Of a DNA stretch of 64,000 bases, positions 43,103-53,128 are shown piece by piece. The position numbers and the translations under genes are program-made. Positions within the stretch are counted from its first letter, which is position 1. Each line of letters begins with the position of its first letter. Below the pieces are notes generated by a model. The model saw only the letters and a list, made by a program, of their open reading frames with translations, had not been told where the DNA came from and made no database searches. This DNA is from an uncultured Acidobacteriota bacterium (lineage in GTDB: Bacteria; Acidobacteriota; Vicinamibacteria; Fen-336): NCBI GenBank assembly GCA_963818355.1, contig CAWFSB010000033.1:18266-82265 (forward strand), given 5' to 3'.

Positions 43103-44931
43103 GCGAGCGTCTCGCGCGGATCGCCCTCGGAGTCGTGTCCGGGCTCGTCCTGCTCGCCGCGGTGGCGATCGACCCGCCCCGCGCGTCCGACGGGCGCTTC
43201 TGGAGCGACGGCGCGACCTACCACGCGATGGCGGGTAGCCTCGCCTTCGACGGGGACCTCGAGTTCACCGCCGCCGACCTCGCCCGCGTGCGCGCGTCGT
43301 ACCCCGGGGGGCCCCAGGGCGTCTTTCTCAAGCGAGTGGGTGTCGACTCCGGGGCCCCGCGCCTCGTCTACGCCAAGGCCCTCGCGTACCCGGTCGTCGC
43401 CGCCCCGCTCGCCCGGCTCTTCGGTGTCGACCGCGGCCTGCTGCTCCTCAACGCGCTCGTCTTCGTCGCCGCCCTGTGGCTGGGTTACGCGGAGCTGTCC
43501 CGCTCGTCGGGGGCGGGTGTGGCGGCGGCGGGAGCGCTCGCCGTGCTGGCCGGCGGCGTCGTGCCCGTCTACCTGCTCTGGCCGACGCCGGAGATCTTCA
43601 ACCTGGGGCTTGCGACCTTCGGCCTCGTGGCGTTCCGACGCGGGCGATGGGTCCTGGCCGCCGTGCTGCTCGGCCTCGCGGCGTACTCGAAGCCCACGAA
43701 CCTGGCACTGGCCCTCCCGCTGCTGCTGGAGCCGCTGACGCGGGGCGGCGCGGCCGGGACCTGGCCGAAGCGCGTCATCGAGTCGGCCCGTCGCGGGGCC
43801 GTGGTGGCCGCGGTCGTGGCCGGGGGCTTCGGCCTCAGCTGGGTCGCGACCGGCGCGATGAACTACCAGGGGGGCGAGCGCAAGACCTTCTACGACCGCT
43901 ACCCCTTCGACCCGGGGGTCACCTTCGACTCCGCCGGAGTGTGGATGACGACCGACCACCTGGGGCCGCTCGTCGCCGGCCGCGACGGGGACGAGCCGAG
44001 CGGGCGTGTCGCGCCGCCTCGCGCCCCCGAGGAGCTGCGGCGGTCCTTCGTCCTCAACCTCGGCGCTTTCTGGATCGGCCGTTTCGGCGGCGCCCTGCCG
44101 TACTTCCCCGGGGTCGCGGCGGCGCTGGGACTCTTCCTGCTCGTGGGCCCGCGGGAGAGGCACGGCTGGCTGGCCCTCGCCGCACTCGTCGTGTCGTGGC
44201 TCGGCTACATCCTCCTGATCCCCGACAACTGGTACGGGGGCGGCGGCACGATCGGCAACCGCTACTTCCTCAACCTCGTGCCGCTGGGGCTGCTGCTCCT
44301 GCCGCGGGGAAGGGGCGCCTGGGCCGCGGCCGCCGCCGTGGTCGGCGGCGTGCTCCTCGCGCCGATCCTCGCCGCGCCCGTCCACCACTCGCTGCGGCCG
44401 GGAGACCACGCGACGCGGGCCGCCTTCCGCCTCCTGCCGGCCGAGATCACCATGCTCGGCGACCTGTCGGTGTTCACGGACGTCTGGCGCAAGCGGCGGC
44501 CCTACAACGCGCCCGAGGGCGACCCCGCCCGCCGGCCGCCCGGGGCACCGCCGCCGTACTTCCTGTGGTTCCTCGACGACGGGACCTTCGGCCAGGAGGA
44601 GTCTTTCGGCGCGGAGGGCTTCTGGCTCCGTGGCGGCGACAGCGCGGAGGTCGTGCTGCAGGCGCTCGCCCCCGCGTCGCGCGTGCGCCTCGTCGTGACC
44701 GCCGGGCCCGCGGGGGACATCGTGACCGCCCGGCTCGGGTCCGAGCGCCAGCGGTTGGTCCTGCCCCCGCTCAAGACGCAGGAGATCGTCTTCGACCGGC
44801 CGCGGACCGCTCTCGGGTACTACGGGACGAGCCTGTACGTCCTGCGACTGGGCTCGCGCTACGGGGGGGCGACGGACACGGACCAGAGGACGCTCGGGTC
44901 GTTCGTGCAGGTCGTGCTGCAGGATCAGTAG
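43099..44931 (+). CDS. Polytopic membrane protein, GT-C-like (paralog 2)
   Basis: Motifs FWSDGATYHAMAGSLAFD, NYQGGERKTFY, PDNWYGGGGTIGNRYFL; colinear with paralog 1. Confidence 0.7.
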   Translation: MSERLARIALGVVSGLVLLAAVAIDPPRASDGRFWSDGATYHAMAGSLAFDGDLEFTAADLARVRASYPGGPQGVFLKRVGVDSGAPRLVYAKALAYPVVAAPLARLFGVDRGLLLLNALVFVAALWLGYAELSRSSGAGVAAAGALAVLAGGVVPVYLLWPTPEIFNLGLATFGLVAFRRGRWVLAAVLLGLAAYSKPTNLALALPLLLEPLTRGGAAGTWPKRVIESARRGAVVAAVVAGGFGLSWVATGAMNYQGGERKTFYDRYPFDPGVTFDSAGVWMTTDHLGPLVAGRDGDEPSGRVAPPRAPEELRRSFVLNLGAFWIGRFGGALPYFPGVAAALGLFLLVGPRERHGWLALAALVVSWLGYILLIPDNWYGGGGTIGNRYFLNLVPLGLLLLPRGRGAWAAAAAVVGGVLLAPILAAPVHHSLRPGDHATRAAFRLLPAEITMLGDLSVFTDVWRKRRPYNAPEGDPARRPPGAPPPYFLWFLDDGTFGQEESFGAEGFWLRGGDSAEVVLQALAPASRVRLVVTAGPAGDIVTARLGSERQRLVLPPLKTQEIVFDRPRTALGYYGTSLYVLRLGSRYGGATDTDQRTLGSFVQVVLQDQ

Positions 44932-44963
44932 GCCTTCACAGGACCGCCCGGGGTTCCCGGGCG

Positions 44964-45040
44964 TGTCATTCCGAGGGACGGCCGGCTGGAGCGGGTCCCG
45001 AGGAATCCGCAGTCTCAGCGCCGGCAGGCCGAGCGGATTG
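44964..45040. repeat. REP-like hairpin element (TGTCATTCCGAG...GAGGAATC)
   Basis: Imperfect stem ATTCCGAGGGAC/GTCCCGAGGAAT overlapping an AATCCGC/GCGGATT stem; lies between convergent genes. Confidence 0.45.
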
Positions 45041-45162
45041 CGCCGTCGCCCGGCGAGACGAAGATTCCAGCAAGACAGGTCCTTGCTCGAGGCGACCGGC
45101 GTCTTCCGGTCGTGAGGCGGAAAGGCCCGACGGCGCGACCCGACGCTCTCGGCCGACGGTCG

Positions 45163-45997
45163 TCACGGCGACGGAGACGGCGTCGGCTCCAGGGGACGGG
45201 TCGCCGAGCGGCGATGCCGAGCGACGGCTTCCCGGCCGTAGTCGATCTCGGCCAGGTAGCGGTTGTGGCATTTGCACGCGAGAGCGATGTTACCGACCGA
45301 GTGGTCGCCGCCGTGGCCGAACGGGCGCCGGTGGTGGAACTCGAGCCCCTGGCGCGCCGTGCATCGTCTTCCCTGTTCGTCCTCGTAGCGGCATCGGCCT
45401 CCGTCCCGCTCGTACACGGCTCGCTTCACCGCGGCCGGGATCTGGCGCGTCGTGGGGGAGGTCTCGCTCTGCGACGAGCGTCTTCCTCGGCGTCTGGGTC
45501 TCGGCGAAGCGCCGGGCTTCGAGCCTCTGGAGCTTCTCGGTGACGGCTTGCTCGATGATCGCGCGCCAGGTCGCCGTCGGGCACCGAGGAGCGCATGAGG
45601 GCCCGCAGCCGCTCGAGCTTGTCGTCGAAGCTCGGCGGAGGCGGTGAACTGGACCTTGTAGCGGGCCGGGGCGAGGGGCTCGACCACAGCGGGCCGGGCC
45701 CGGGGAGAGGCCGGCAGCGCAGCCGCTCCCGGTCGGACACCCCGTTCGACGCACTCGCCGGCTGCCGGACTCCGTCCAGACGCAGTTCGACGCCGGCCAC
45801 GCCGCGGCTCCGTCTGGACGCAGTTGGGACTCGCGCGCAGGCACCTCCGTCCGGACGCAGTCCGACGACGAAGCGACCTCGGACGTCCGAAGGCCAGCTC
45901 GGCGTCCGGCGGAGGAATCGTCGTCCCGGCCCGGCGGTCGGGCAGCTTCCGCATCACCGCCGGAGCATCCGGACCGTGGCGTCACCGCGTGCCGCAC
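45163..45997 (-). pseudogene. HNH endonuclease gene, apparently N-terminally truncated and frameshifted
   Basis: RQIPAAVKRAVYERDGGRC..GRRC..LEFHHRRPFGHGGDHSVGNIALACKCHN; VEPLAPARYKVQFTAS; no intact N-terminal domain. Confidence 0.7.
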
Positions 45998-46130
45998 GCG
46001 CGTCCTTCCGAGCCGATCAGCGACGGCTCGCGAAGGGGCTTCCGAATCTTGTCAAGGGGAAAGTGAAGAAAAAGCGAAGCCCAATGTCGGGTCCAGGTGA
46101 GCGACGGCGGTGAAGCCTACGACCCCGCCC

Positions 46131-46751
46131 TCAGGTCGTCTGTTCCTTCCGCAGCAGCGCGTCGAGCCCGCGGCTGATCCGCAGGCAGCGCTCGAGAGCG
46201 TTCGACTCGAGCAGCTTCTGCCGGGCGGAGCCGGTGATCGGCAGGTGCTGGCACGCGAGGTTCACCCAGGACATCGCCTCGGTGGAGCGGCGCTGCTTCT
46301 CGAGGAACGCCCGCAGGTCCGCGTGGGCGTGGAGGTAGCGGGCGAGGGCCTCGACGGCGGGGCCCCACTCGTCGGCCTCGTCGCCCTCTTCGATGGGGAC
46401 CGCCTCCGCGACCAGGACGTCGGTGCCGAGGAGCAGGTCGACGCGCGCGCGGGTGACGCCGTCGAGCTCGGCGCGGTGCTCGAGGGGCGACAGGGAGTGG
46501 ATCTCGCGGACGGCGGCGATGGTGCCGACGGTGTGGAGGTCCCTCGGCGAGGCGGCGTTCTCCCGCCGGGCGAGGGCCAGCAGCTGGCCCCCGCAGCGCG
46601 CGGCGAGCAGGGCAGCGGACACCGCGGCGGGCCGGTCCAGGACCAGGGCGAGCGAGGCGCCCGGGAAGAGGCACGAGTCCTCGAGGGGCAGGACCGGCAG
46701 CAGGCGGGAGCCGGTGACGCGCACGGGGTCCGGGGCGTCCACGGCGCGCAT
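46131..46751 (-). CDS. Stand-alone Lon substrate-binding (LON_N) domain protein
   Basis: Motifs LPVLPL..CLFPG, VGTIA, RQKLLE..ALER. Confidence 0.8.
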   Translation of the reverse strand: MRAVDAPDPVRVTGSRLLPVLPLEDSCLFPGASLALVLDRPAAVSAALLAARCGGQLLALARRENAASPRDLHTVGTIAAVREIHSLSPLEHRAELDGVTRARVDLLLGTDVLVAEAVPIEEGDEADEWGPAVEALARYLHAHADLRAFLEKQRRSTEAMSWVNLACQHLPITGSARQKLLESNALERCLRISRGLDALLRKEQTT

Positions 46752-46752
46752 G

Positions 46753-47943
46753 TTACCGCAGCGCGCCTCCGAAGCGTCGCGCCCATTTGCGGCGCAGCAC
46801 CTCGGTGAGCGTCTCCCGGCCGCGGCCGGGCAGCAGCTCCACGTAGTCCTCGCCGATGCGGGCGATCGCGCGCGGGTCTCCGCCGGGGCGGGTGATGGGG
46901 ATGCCGGGGACCTTCCCGCAGAAGGCCGTCTCGTATCCCGCCTCGATGGCGAGGCGCCGGGCCGTCGGACCCTCCGCGTGCCAGGGGTAGCACAGGTGCA
47001 CGGCGGGCCGCCCGGTCCGCGCCTCGATGAGGCGCCGCGACTCGGCGAGCTCGAGGAGAATGGCCCGGCCTCTCTCGTCGGGGGTCTCGACTCGTCCCGT
47101 CACGCGCGTGCGGCCAAAGGCCCGGCGCAGGCGCGCCTCCCAGTCGGCGCGCAGGAAGAAGCCCTCGCCGCCCGACTCGCTGACCTCGGCCACGCAGGCG
47201 GCCCGCACGCCCGGGTCCTCGTGGTAGCGCAGCTCTTCGGAGGTGCGCGGCGCGGAGCGCAGCAGGGGCGCGCCGAGCGGGGCCTCCTCGCCCATCAGGT
47301 CGCGCTCGCCGGCCCCGAGCAGCGGCTGGTCGAACGCGTCGTACCCGCGGCGGGAGCGGGGGGTGACGAAGCCGGCGAGCTGCGGGCCGGTGTGGACCCG
47401 GGCGTGGCGCAGGGTGTGGCTCTGGAAGTCGAAGAGGCCCGTCCCCGCGAGCGTCTCGATCTCCTCCCAGCACATGAGGGCGCCGTCGCCTTCCTCGCGG
47501 CGGAGGAGGGTCGCGGCGTCCGCGCGCCCGCTCTCGACGTCGTCCCACGTGGGCTCCTTCGTGCCGGGGCGCGACGGGATGCGCCCGGGGACGAGGAACA
47601 CCACCGCCTTCATGCCGTGCCGGCGCAGCAGGGGCGCGGCCACGCTCCAGACCGAGCCGCGCCCGTCGTCGAAGGTGAGGACGACCGCGCGCTCCTCCGG
47701 AGTGCGCTGGCCGCGCAGGACCGCGACGTACTCGTCGGCCGAGAGCGTGACGTAGCCGTTGTCGGCGAGGTGCGAGAGCTTGCGCGAGAACGAGACAGGC
47801 TCGGCGCCGTGGAACACGAAGACGGGCACGTCCCCGCGGGGCAGCTCGCCCCCGGTCACGAAGGGAGGGTAGCGCCCCCGCAGCAGGTCGCGCGGCACCT
47901 CCCAGGCCTCGCGCGCACTGCGACCGAGGCGGCGCAGGGGCAT
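46753..47943 (-). CDS. Polysaccharide deacetylase (CE4/NodB)
   Basis: Motifs VVLTFDDG, FQSHTLRH, HLCYPW. Confidence 0.88.
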   Translation of the reverse strand: MPLRRLGRSAREAWEVPRDLLRGRYPPFVTGGELPRGDVPVFVFHGAEPVSFSRKLSHLADNGYVTLSADEYVAVLRGQRTPEERAVVLTFDDGRGSVWSVAAPLLRRHGMKAVVFLVPGRIPSRPGTKEPTWDDVESGRADAATLLRREEGDGALMCWEEIETLAGTGLFDFQSHTLRHARVHTGPQLAGFVTPRSRRGYDAFDQPLLGAGERDLMGEEAPLGAPLLRSAPRTSEELRYHEDPGVRAACVAEVSESGGEGFFLRADWEARLRRAFGRTRVTGRVETPDERGRAILLELAESRRLIEARTGRPAVHLCYPWHAEGPTARRLAIEAGYETAFCGKVPGIPITRPGGDPRAIARIGEDYVELLPGRGRETLTEVLRRKWARRFGGALR

Positions 47944-47948
47944 GGCCT

Positions 47949-49079
47949 TCAAGCCCTCCCGCCGGAGAGCAGGTCGTCGTAGAAGGCCTGCATCTGATCG
48001 ACACAGGCGCGCACGTCGTAGAGGCGCGAGGCGACGAGCGCCTGCCGGCCGAGCCCCTCGCGCAGGGCGGCGTCGCCGAGGACGCGGTCGAGGCCGCTCG
48101 CCAGGGCCACCGCGTCGGCCGGCGGCACCAGGACCCCCGTGACGCCGTCTTCCAGCACCTCGCGGCAGCCGTCCACCGACGTCGAGACGATCGCCTTGCC
48201 GGCCGCCATCGCCTCGAAGAGCGCGAGCGGCGTGCCCTCGTAGAGCGACGAGATGCAGAAGACGTCGAGGGCGCCGAGGAGGTCGGGCACGTCGGTGCGG
48301 TGCCCGGCGAAGACGAGGCGGTCGCCGATGCCCAGGCCCGTGGCCTGCTCCCGCAGGCCGGCCATCAGGTCCCCATCGCCCACGATGAGCACCCGGGCCT
48401 GGGGCCGGCTCGGCAGCAGGCGTCCCGCCGCCTCGACCAGGAAACGGTGGCCTTTCTGGGCATTGAGGCGGCCGATCGACCCGACGACGAGCGCGTCGTC
48501 GGGGATCCCGAGCTCGTGCCGGACGCGCCGGGCACGCTCGCGGGACGCGGGGGCGAACTCGTCGAGCGGGGCGCCGTTCCAGATGAGGCGGACGCGGTCG
48601 GCAGGCACGAAGCGCTCGCGGACCAGGAACTCGCGCGTCGAGCGGCTCACCGCGATCGCGCCGTCGGTCCGGTGGCGCAGGAGGCGGTCGGCGAGCGCCT
48701 GGTAGGCGGGCATCCGCGGGTCGGCGAAGTGCTCGTGAAGCACCAGCTTCGCCCCGACCGCGCGCGCGGCGAGGCGGCCGAAGTCGGCCGCGGCGTAGCC
48801 GTGAACGTGCAGGATGCGCGCGCCGCGCTCCCGGGCCAGGCCGACGAGGTCGCCCAGGATGCGCGGGTCGAAGCGGCCGCGGCCCAGGTGCCGGACCCCG
48901 ATGCCCTGCTCCTCCAGCCACCGCGTGGCGGGCTCCGGGTGCTTGAGGCCGCACAGCGACACCTCGTAGCGCGCGGGGTCGTAGCGCGGGAACCACCAGG
49001 AGAACAGGCGCGAGACCCCGTGGATGCTCGACCCGCGGACGCCGAACTTGTCGCAGACGTGAAGGACGGGTACGCCCAT
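47949..49079 (-). CDS. GT4 family glycosyltransferase
   Basis: Motifs IWNG, GSIGRLNAQKGH, SSLYEGTPLALFEAMAAG. Confidence 0.9.
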   Translation of the reverse strand: MGVPVLHVCDKFGVRGSSIHGVSRLFSWWFPRYDPARYEVSLCGLKHPEPATRWLEEQGIGVRHLGRGRFDPRILGDLVGLARERGARILHVHGYAAADFGRLAARAVGAKLVLHEHFADPRMPAYQALADRLLRHRTDGAIAVSRSTREFLVRERFVPADRVRLIWNGAPLDEFAPASRERARRVRHELGIPDDALVVGSIGRLNAQKGHRFLVEAAGRLLPSRPQARVLIVGDGDLMAGLREQATGLGIGDRLVFAGHRTDVPDLLGALDVFCISSLYEGTPLALFEAMAAGKAIVSTSVDGCREVLEDGVTGVLVPPADAVALASGLDRVLGDAALREGLGRQALVASRLYDVRACVDQMQAFYDDLLSGGRA

Positions 49080-49084
49080 GGGCC

Positions 49085-50050
49085 TCAGGCGGAGGTGGGG
49101 CCCGCCGGGGCGCCTGGACCCCGGGCCATCCAGGCGATCGCGCCCGACAGCGAGAGAAGGACCATGAGGCCCGCCCCCACGAGCGAGAAGGCGAGGGCGC
49201 TCTCCCGCGGGAGGCCGACCTGGGCGAAGTACACGGTGAACAGCCCCTCGCGCAGGCCCCAGCCGTTGAAGGAGATCGGCACCGCCTGCAGCAGCGAGCA
49301 CAGCGGCACCATCAGGAAGGCCGCGCTCGCCGGGAGCGGGATGCCCAGGCTCCGGGCGATCGCCAGGTAGTAGAGGACCACGAGGGTCTGGAGAAGGACG
49401 CTCGCGAGGCCCGCCATCCAGATGGTCCTCAGCTGCGTGCGGTAGGCGTGCACCGCGCCCTGCACGACCTCGAACTGCTCCCGGGCCCAGCCGATCGAGC
49501 TCAGGCGCGAGACGGACATGAGCCAGCGGGCGGTCCCGGGCCGGAAGAAGATGTAGGCGAGGAAGCCGAAGAGGCCCGCGAGGCCGAGGAGCACCACCCG
49601 CGCCCCGGCGAGGCCGCGGACGGCGGGGGGCGCCAGGAGCCAGGCGACCGCCGCGAGCAGGTAGAGGGCCCCGAACCCCAGGATCCGGTCGATGCCGACG
49701 ACGGCCAGGGAGGTGGCGGTCGAGCCGGTCAGCTTCGAGCTGTCGCGCACGCGCACGATGTCTCCCCCGATGTTGCTGGGGAGGAAGTTGTTGAAGAAGG
49801 TCGCAACCAGGTACGAGGCGGTCAGGTGCCCGAGCGGGGCCGGGGCGCCCAGGGCGCTCAGCAGGATCCGCCAGCGCCAGGTCGCGAGGGCCAGCATCAG
49901 GACGAAGCAGAGGACCGCTCCGAACAGGTCGACCAGGTCCGCCGTTCGCACGCGGTCCTCGAGCGCGTCGAGATCGGTGATGGAGAACAGGTAGACCAGG
50001 AGGGCCAGGCTGATCGCGACCTTGACCCCCAACAGCGCAGGGCGCTTCAT
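49085..50050 (-). CDS. Lysylphosphatidylglycerol-synthase-TM/UPF0104 flippase-like protein
   Basis: Motifs RWRILL, FFNNFLPSNIGGD, DR, PISFNGWGLRE. Confidence 0.85.
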   Translation of the reverse strand: MKRPALLGVKVAISLALLVYLFSITDLDALEDRVRTADLVDLFGAVLCFVLMLALATWRWRILLSALGAPAPLGHLTASYLVATFFNNFLPSNIGGDIVRVRDSSKLTGSTATSLAVVGIDRILGFGALYLLAAVAWLLAPPAVRGLAGARVVLLGLAGLFGFLAYIFFRPGTARWLMSVSRLSSIGWAREQFEVVQGAVHAYRTQLRTIWMAGLASVLLQTLVVLYYLAIARSLGIPLPASAAFLMVPLCSLLQAVPISFNGWGLREGLFTVYFAQVGLPRESALAFSLVGAGLMVLLSLSGAIAWMARGPGAPAGPTSA

Positions 50051-50114
50051 GAGCTAAGACGCCATGCTACAGTACGTTCCGCGGACGCGCAAAACCGAAA
50101 CGGGGCAGCGCAGA

Positions 50115-50891
50115 GTGGCCGAAGACGAGCACGGGGACGAGCGGCGGCAGGTCGGCATCCAGGAAGCGATGGGCCGCGGTGCCTCGCCCCTGCGCAAGTA
50201 CCAGGACCTCGTGATCGGTCGCCGCGGCCTCGGCCGCCTGGTCCTTCACGAGGCGGTGATGCTCGCGAGCTCCTGGGTACCGGGAGCGCTCGGCCTCGTC
50301 CTGCGCAAGCTCCTCTACCCGCTTCTCCTCGGCGCCGTGGGCAAAGGCGTCGTCTTCGGGCAGGGCGTCGTGCTGCGCCACCCGCACAAGGTGCGCCTGG
50401 GCGACGGCGTCACCGTGGACGACCTCGTGGTCCTCGACGCGAAGGGGACCTCGAACCGGGGCATCGACGTGGGCCGCGGCGTCTTCCTCGGCCGCGGCAC
50501 GATCCTCTCCTGCAAGGACGGGGACATCGCGATCGGCGACCACGGCAACTTCGGCTTCCACTGCGAGGTCTTCTCCGGGTCGAGCGTGACGGTGGGCAAG
50601 CACGGCCTCTTCGCGGCGCAGTCCTATCTCGTCGGCGGAGGCCACGAGTTCGAGCGGCCCGAGCTCGCCGTCATCGACCAGCCGCGCTCCTCGAGGGGCA
50701 TCGTCCTCGGGGACAACGTCTGGCTGGGCACGGGGGCGAAGGTGCTCGACGGGGTGCGCATCGGCCGGGACGTGGTGGTGGGCGCCAACGCGGTCGTGAA
50801 CGCGGACCTGCCCGACGGGGCGATCGCGGCCGGGGTCCCGGCCCGCGTGCTGCGGCACCGGGCGGGCACGGAGCCGGCCGGATCCGGCTAG
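50115..50891 (+). CDS. Hexapeptide-repeat O-acyltransferase
   Basis: Left-handed beta-helix repeats; [11 protein letters not shown]...[14 protein letters not shown]. Confidence 0.88.
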   Translation: MAEDEHGDERRQVGIQEAMGRGASPLRKYQDLVIGRRGLGRLVLHEAVMLASSWVPGALGLVLRKLLYPLLLGAVGKGVVFGQGVVLRHPHKVRLGDGVTVDDLVVLDAKGTSNRGIDVGRGVFLGRGTILSCKDGDIAIGDHGNFGFHCEVFSGSSVTVGKHGLFAAQSYLVGGGHEFERPELAVIDQPRSSRGIVLGDNVWLGTGAKVLDGVRIGRDVVVGANAVVNADLPDGAIAAGVPARVLRHRAGTEPAGSG

Positions 50892-50925
50892 AATCCGGGA
50901 AGGCCGTCCCCGCGCAGAGGTGCCC

Positions 50926-52557
50926 ATGAAGAAGGTCCTCGAGGAGAAGGAGTCCGTGCCGCGCCCGGCGGTCCCGGACACGCGTTTCACCACGATCTCG
51001 GGGCGGGCCATCGCCCCCGTCTACCGGCCACAGGACATAGCCGGTGTCGATTACGCCCGCGACCTCGGCGACCCCGGGCAGTACCCCTACACGCGCGGCA
51101 TCCACGAGACGATGTACCGCGGCCGGGTCTGGACCATGCGGCAGTTCGCCGGGTACGGCAGCGCCGCCCAGACGAACGCCCGGTTCAAGTACCTGCTCGA
51201 GCACGGCGGGGGAGGGCTCTCGGTCGCGTTCGACCTTCCGACCCTGATGGGGCGCGACCCCGACCACCCGCTCTCCCTCGGCGAGGTGGGCAAGTGCGGC
51301 GTCGCGGTGTCGTCGCTCTCGGACATGGAGACGCTCTTCGAGGGCATCCCCCTCGACCAGGTCACGACGTCGATGACCATCAACTCGCCCGCGGCCATGC
51401 TCCTCGCCTTCTACATCCTCGTGGGGGAAGAGCAGGGCGTGGGGCCGGAGAAGCTGGCCGGCACCCTGCAGGCGGACATCCTCAAGGAGTTCATCGCCCA
51501 GAAGGAGTACATCTACCCGCCGCGCCCCAGCATGCGGATCGTGGTGGACATGATCCGCTACTGCACGGAGCGGATGCCGAAGTGGAACACGATCTCGATC
51601 TCCGGGTACCACATCCGCGAGGCGGGGTCGACGGCGGCGCAGGAGCTCGCCTTCACCCTGCGCGACGGGATCGAGTACGTGCAGTGGTGCGTCGACGCCG
51701 GCCTGGACGTGGACAGCTTCGCCCCGCGCCTTTCCTTCTTCTTCAACTCGCACAGCGACTTCTTCGAGGAGATCGCGAAGTTCCGCGCGGCGCGGCGGAT
51801 CTGGGCGCGCACGATGCGGGAGCGGTTCAAGGCGAAGAACCCGCGCTCGTGGATGCTGCGCTTCCACACCCAGACGGCGGGGGTGAGCCTCACCGCGCAG
51901 CAGCCCTACAACAACGTCGTGCGCACCGCGCTCCAGGCGCTGGCCGGCGTCCTCGGCGGGACGCAGTCGCTGCACACCAACTCGCTCGACGAGGCGCTGG
52001 CGCTGCCGACCGAGGAGGCGGTGACCATCGCGCTCCGGACGCAGCAGGTGATCGCGCACGAGTCCGGGGTCGCGAACGCGGCCGACCCCCTGGGGGGCTC
52101 GTGGCTGGTCGAGCGTCTCACGAACGACATCGAGGCGGAGGCGCTCGAGTACTTCCGCAGGATCGACGAGATGGGCGGGATGGTGGTGGCGGTCGAGCGC
52201 GGCTTCCCGCAGCGCGAGATCCAGGAGTCGGCCTTCCGCTTCCAGCAGGCGGTGGAGCGCAAGGAGAAGATCATCGTGGGCGTCAACGAGCACGTGATGG
52301 AAGAGGCGCCCTTCCCGATCCTGTACATCGACGAGCAGGTGGCGGGGGAGCAGGTGGAGCGCGTGCGGGCGCTGCGCCAGCGCCGCGACCACGCGCGCGC
52401 GACGCGGGCGCTCGCCGACCTCAGGGCCGCCGCCCGCGGGACGGACAACCTCATGCCGCCCATCCTCGAGGCCTCGAGGGCCTACGCCACGGTCGGCGAG
52501 ATGTGCGACGCCCTGCGCGAGGTCTTCGGGGAGTACCAGGAACAGCCGATCTTCTAG
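50926..52557 (+). CDS. icmA: Acyl-CoA mutase large subunit with isobutyryl-CoA mutase (IcmA)-type residues
   Basis: Motifs [55 protein letters not shown]. Confidence 0.75.
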   Translation: MKKVLEEKESVPRPAVPDTRFTTISGRAIAPVYRPQDIAGVDYARDLGDPGQYPYTRGIHETMYRGRVWTMRQFAGYGSAAQTNARFKYLLEHGGGGLSVAFDLPTLMGRDPDHPLSLGEVGKCGVAVSSLSDMETLFEGIPLDQVTTSMTINSPAAMLLAFYILVGEEQGVGPEKLAGTLQADILKEFIAQKEYIYPPRPSMRIVVDMIRYCTERMPKWNTISISGYHIREAGSTAAQELAFTLRDGIEYVQWCVDAGLDVDSFAPRLSFFFNSHSDFFEEIAKFRAARRIWARTMRERFKAKNPRSWMLRFHTQTAGVSLTAQQPYNNVVRTALQALAGVLGGTQSLHTNSLDEALALPTEEAVTIALRTQQVIAHESGVANAADPLGGSWLVERLTNDIEAEALEYFRRIDEMGGMVVAVERGFPQREIQESAFRFQQAVERKEKIIVGVNEHVMEEAPFPILYIDEQVAGEQVERVRALRQRRDHARATRALADLRAAARGTDNLMPPILEASRAYATVGEMCDALREVFGEYQEQPIF

Positions 52558-52577
52558 CAACCGGTTATCATTCCCCC

Positions 52578-52991
52578 ATGACCGAGATCGCCACCCGTCG
52601 CATCAGGGTCGTCATCGCGAAGCCGGGTCTCGACGGCCACGATCGTGGGGCCAAGGTGATCGCTCGCGCGCTGCGCGACGCGGGCATGGAGGTCATCTAC
52701 ACGGGGCTGCGCCAGAGCCCCGAGCAGATCGTGGCCGCCGCCGCGCAGGAGGACGCCGACGTGATCGGCCTGAGCATTCTCTCCGGGGCCCACCTGCCCA
52801 TCTGCCGGCGTGTCGTGGAGCTGCTGCGGGAACGCGGGATGGACTCCGTCCGCGTGTTCGTGGGCGGGATCATCCCGAACCAGGACATCCCGGAGCTCAA
52901 GCAGCTCGGCGTGAGCGACGTGTTCCTGCCCGGGGCGTCGACCCAGGACGTGATCCGGGTCATCGGACAGGGCGCGGCCGAGCGCGCCTGA
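52578..52991 (+). CDS. icmB: Acyl-CoA mutase cobalamin-binding small subunit
   Basis: Motifs [26 protein letters not shown]. Confidence 0.8.
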   Translation: MTEIATRRIRVVIAKPGLDGHDRGAKVIARALRDAGMEVIYTGLRQSPEQIVAAAAQEDADVIGLSILSGAHLPICRRVVELLRERGMDSVRVFVGGIIPNQDIPELKQLGVSDVFLPGASTQDVIRVIGQGAAERA

Positions 52992-53014
52992 TCGGCCTCA
53001 TTCCCGCTAACTCG

Positions 53015-53043
53015 TTGACAGGCGGGAGGGAAGGGTCTATCTT
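53015..53043 (+). promoter_or_regulatory. Sigma70 promoter of the RomR-like gene
   Basis: TTGACA-N17-TATCTT. Confidence 0.7.
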
Positions 53044-53128
53044 GGGCCGAATCGCACCGGCGCCCCGCGAAGCGGGAGCGCAGGGGAGCGGCGTGCGCGG
53101 CTGACGTTAGCCTGGGGGCCAAGAGGGG

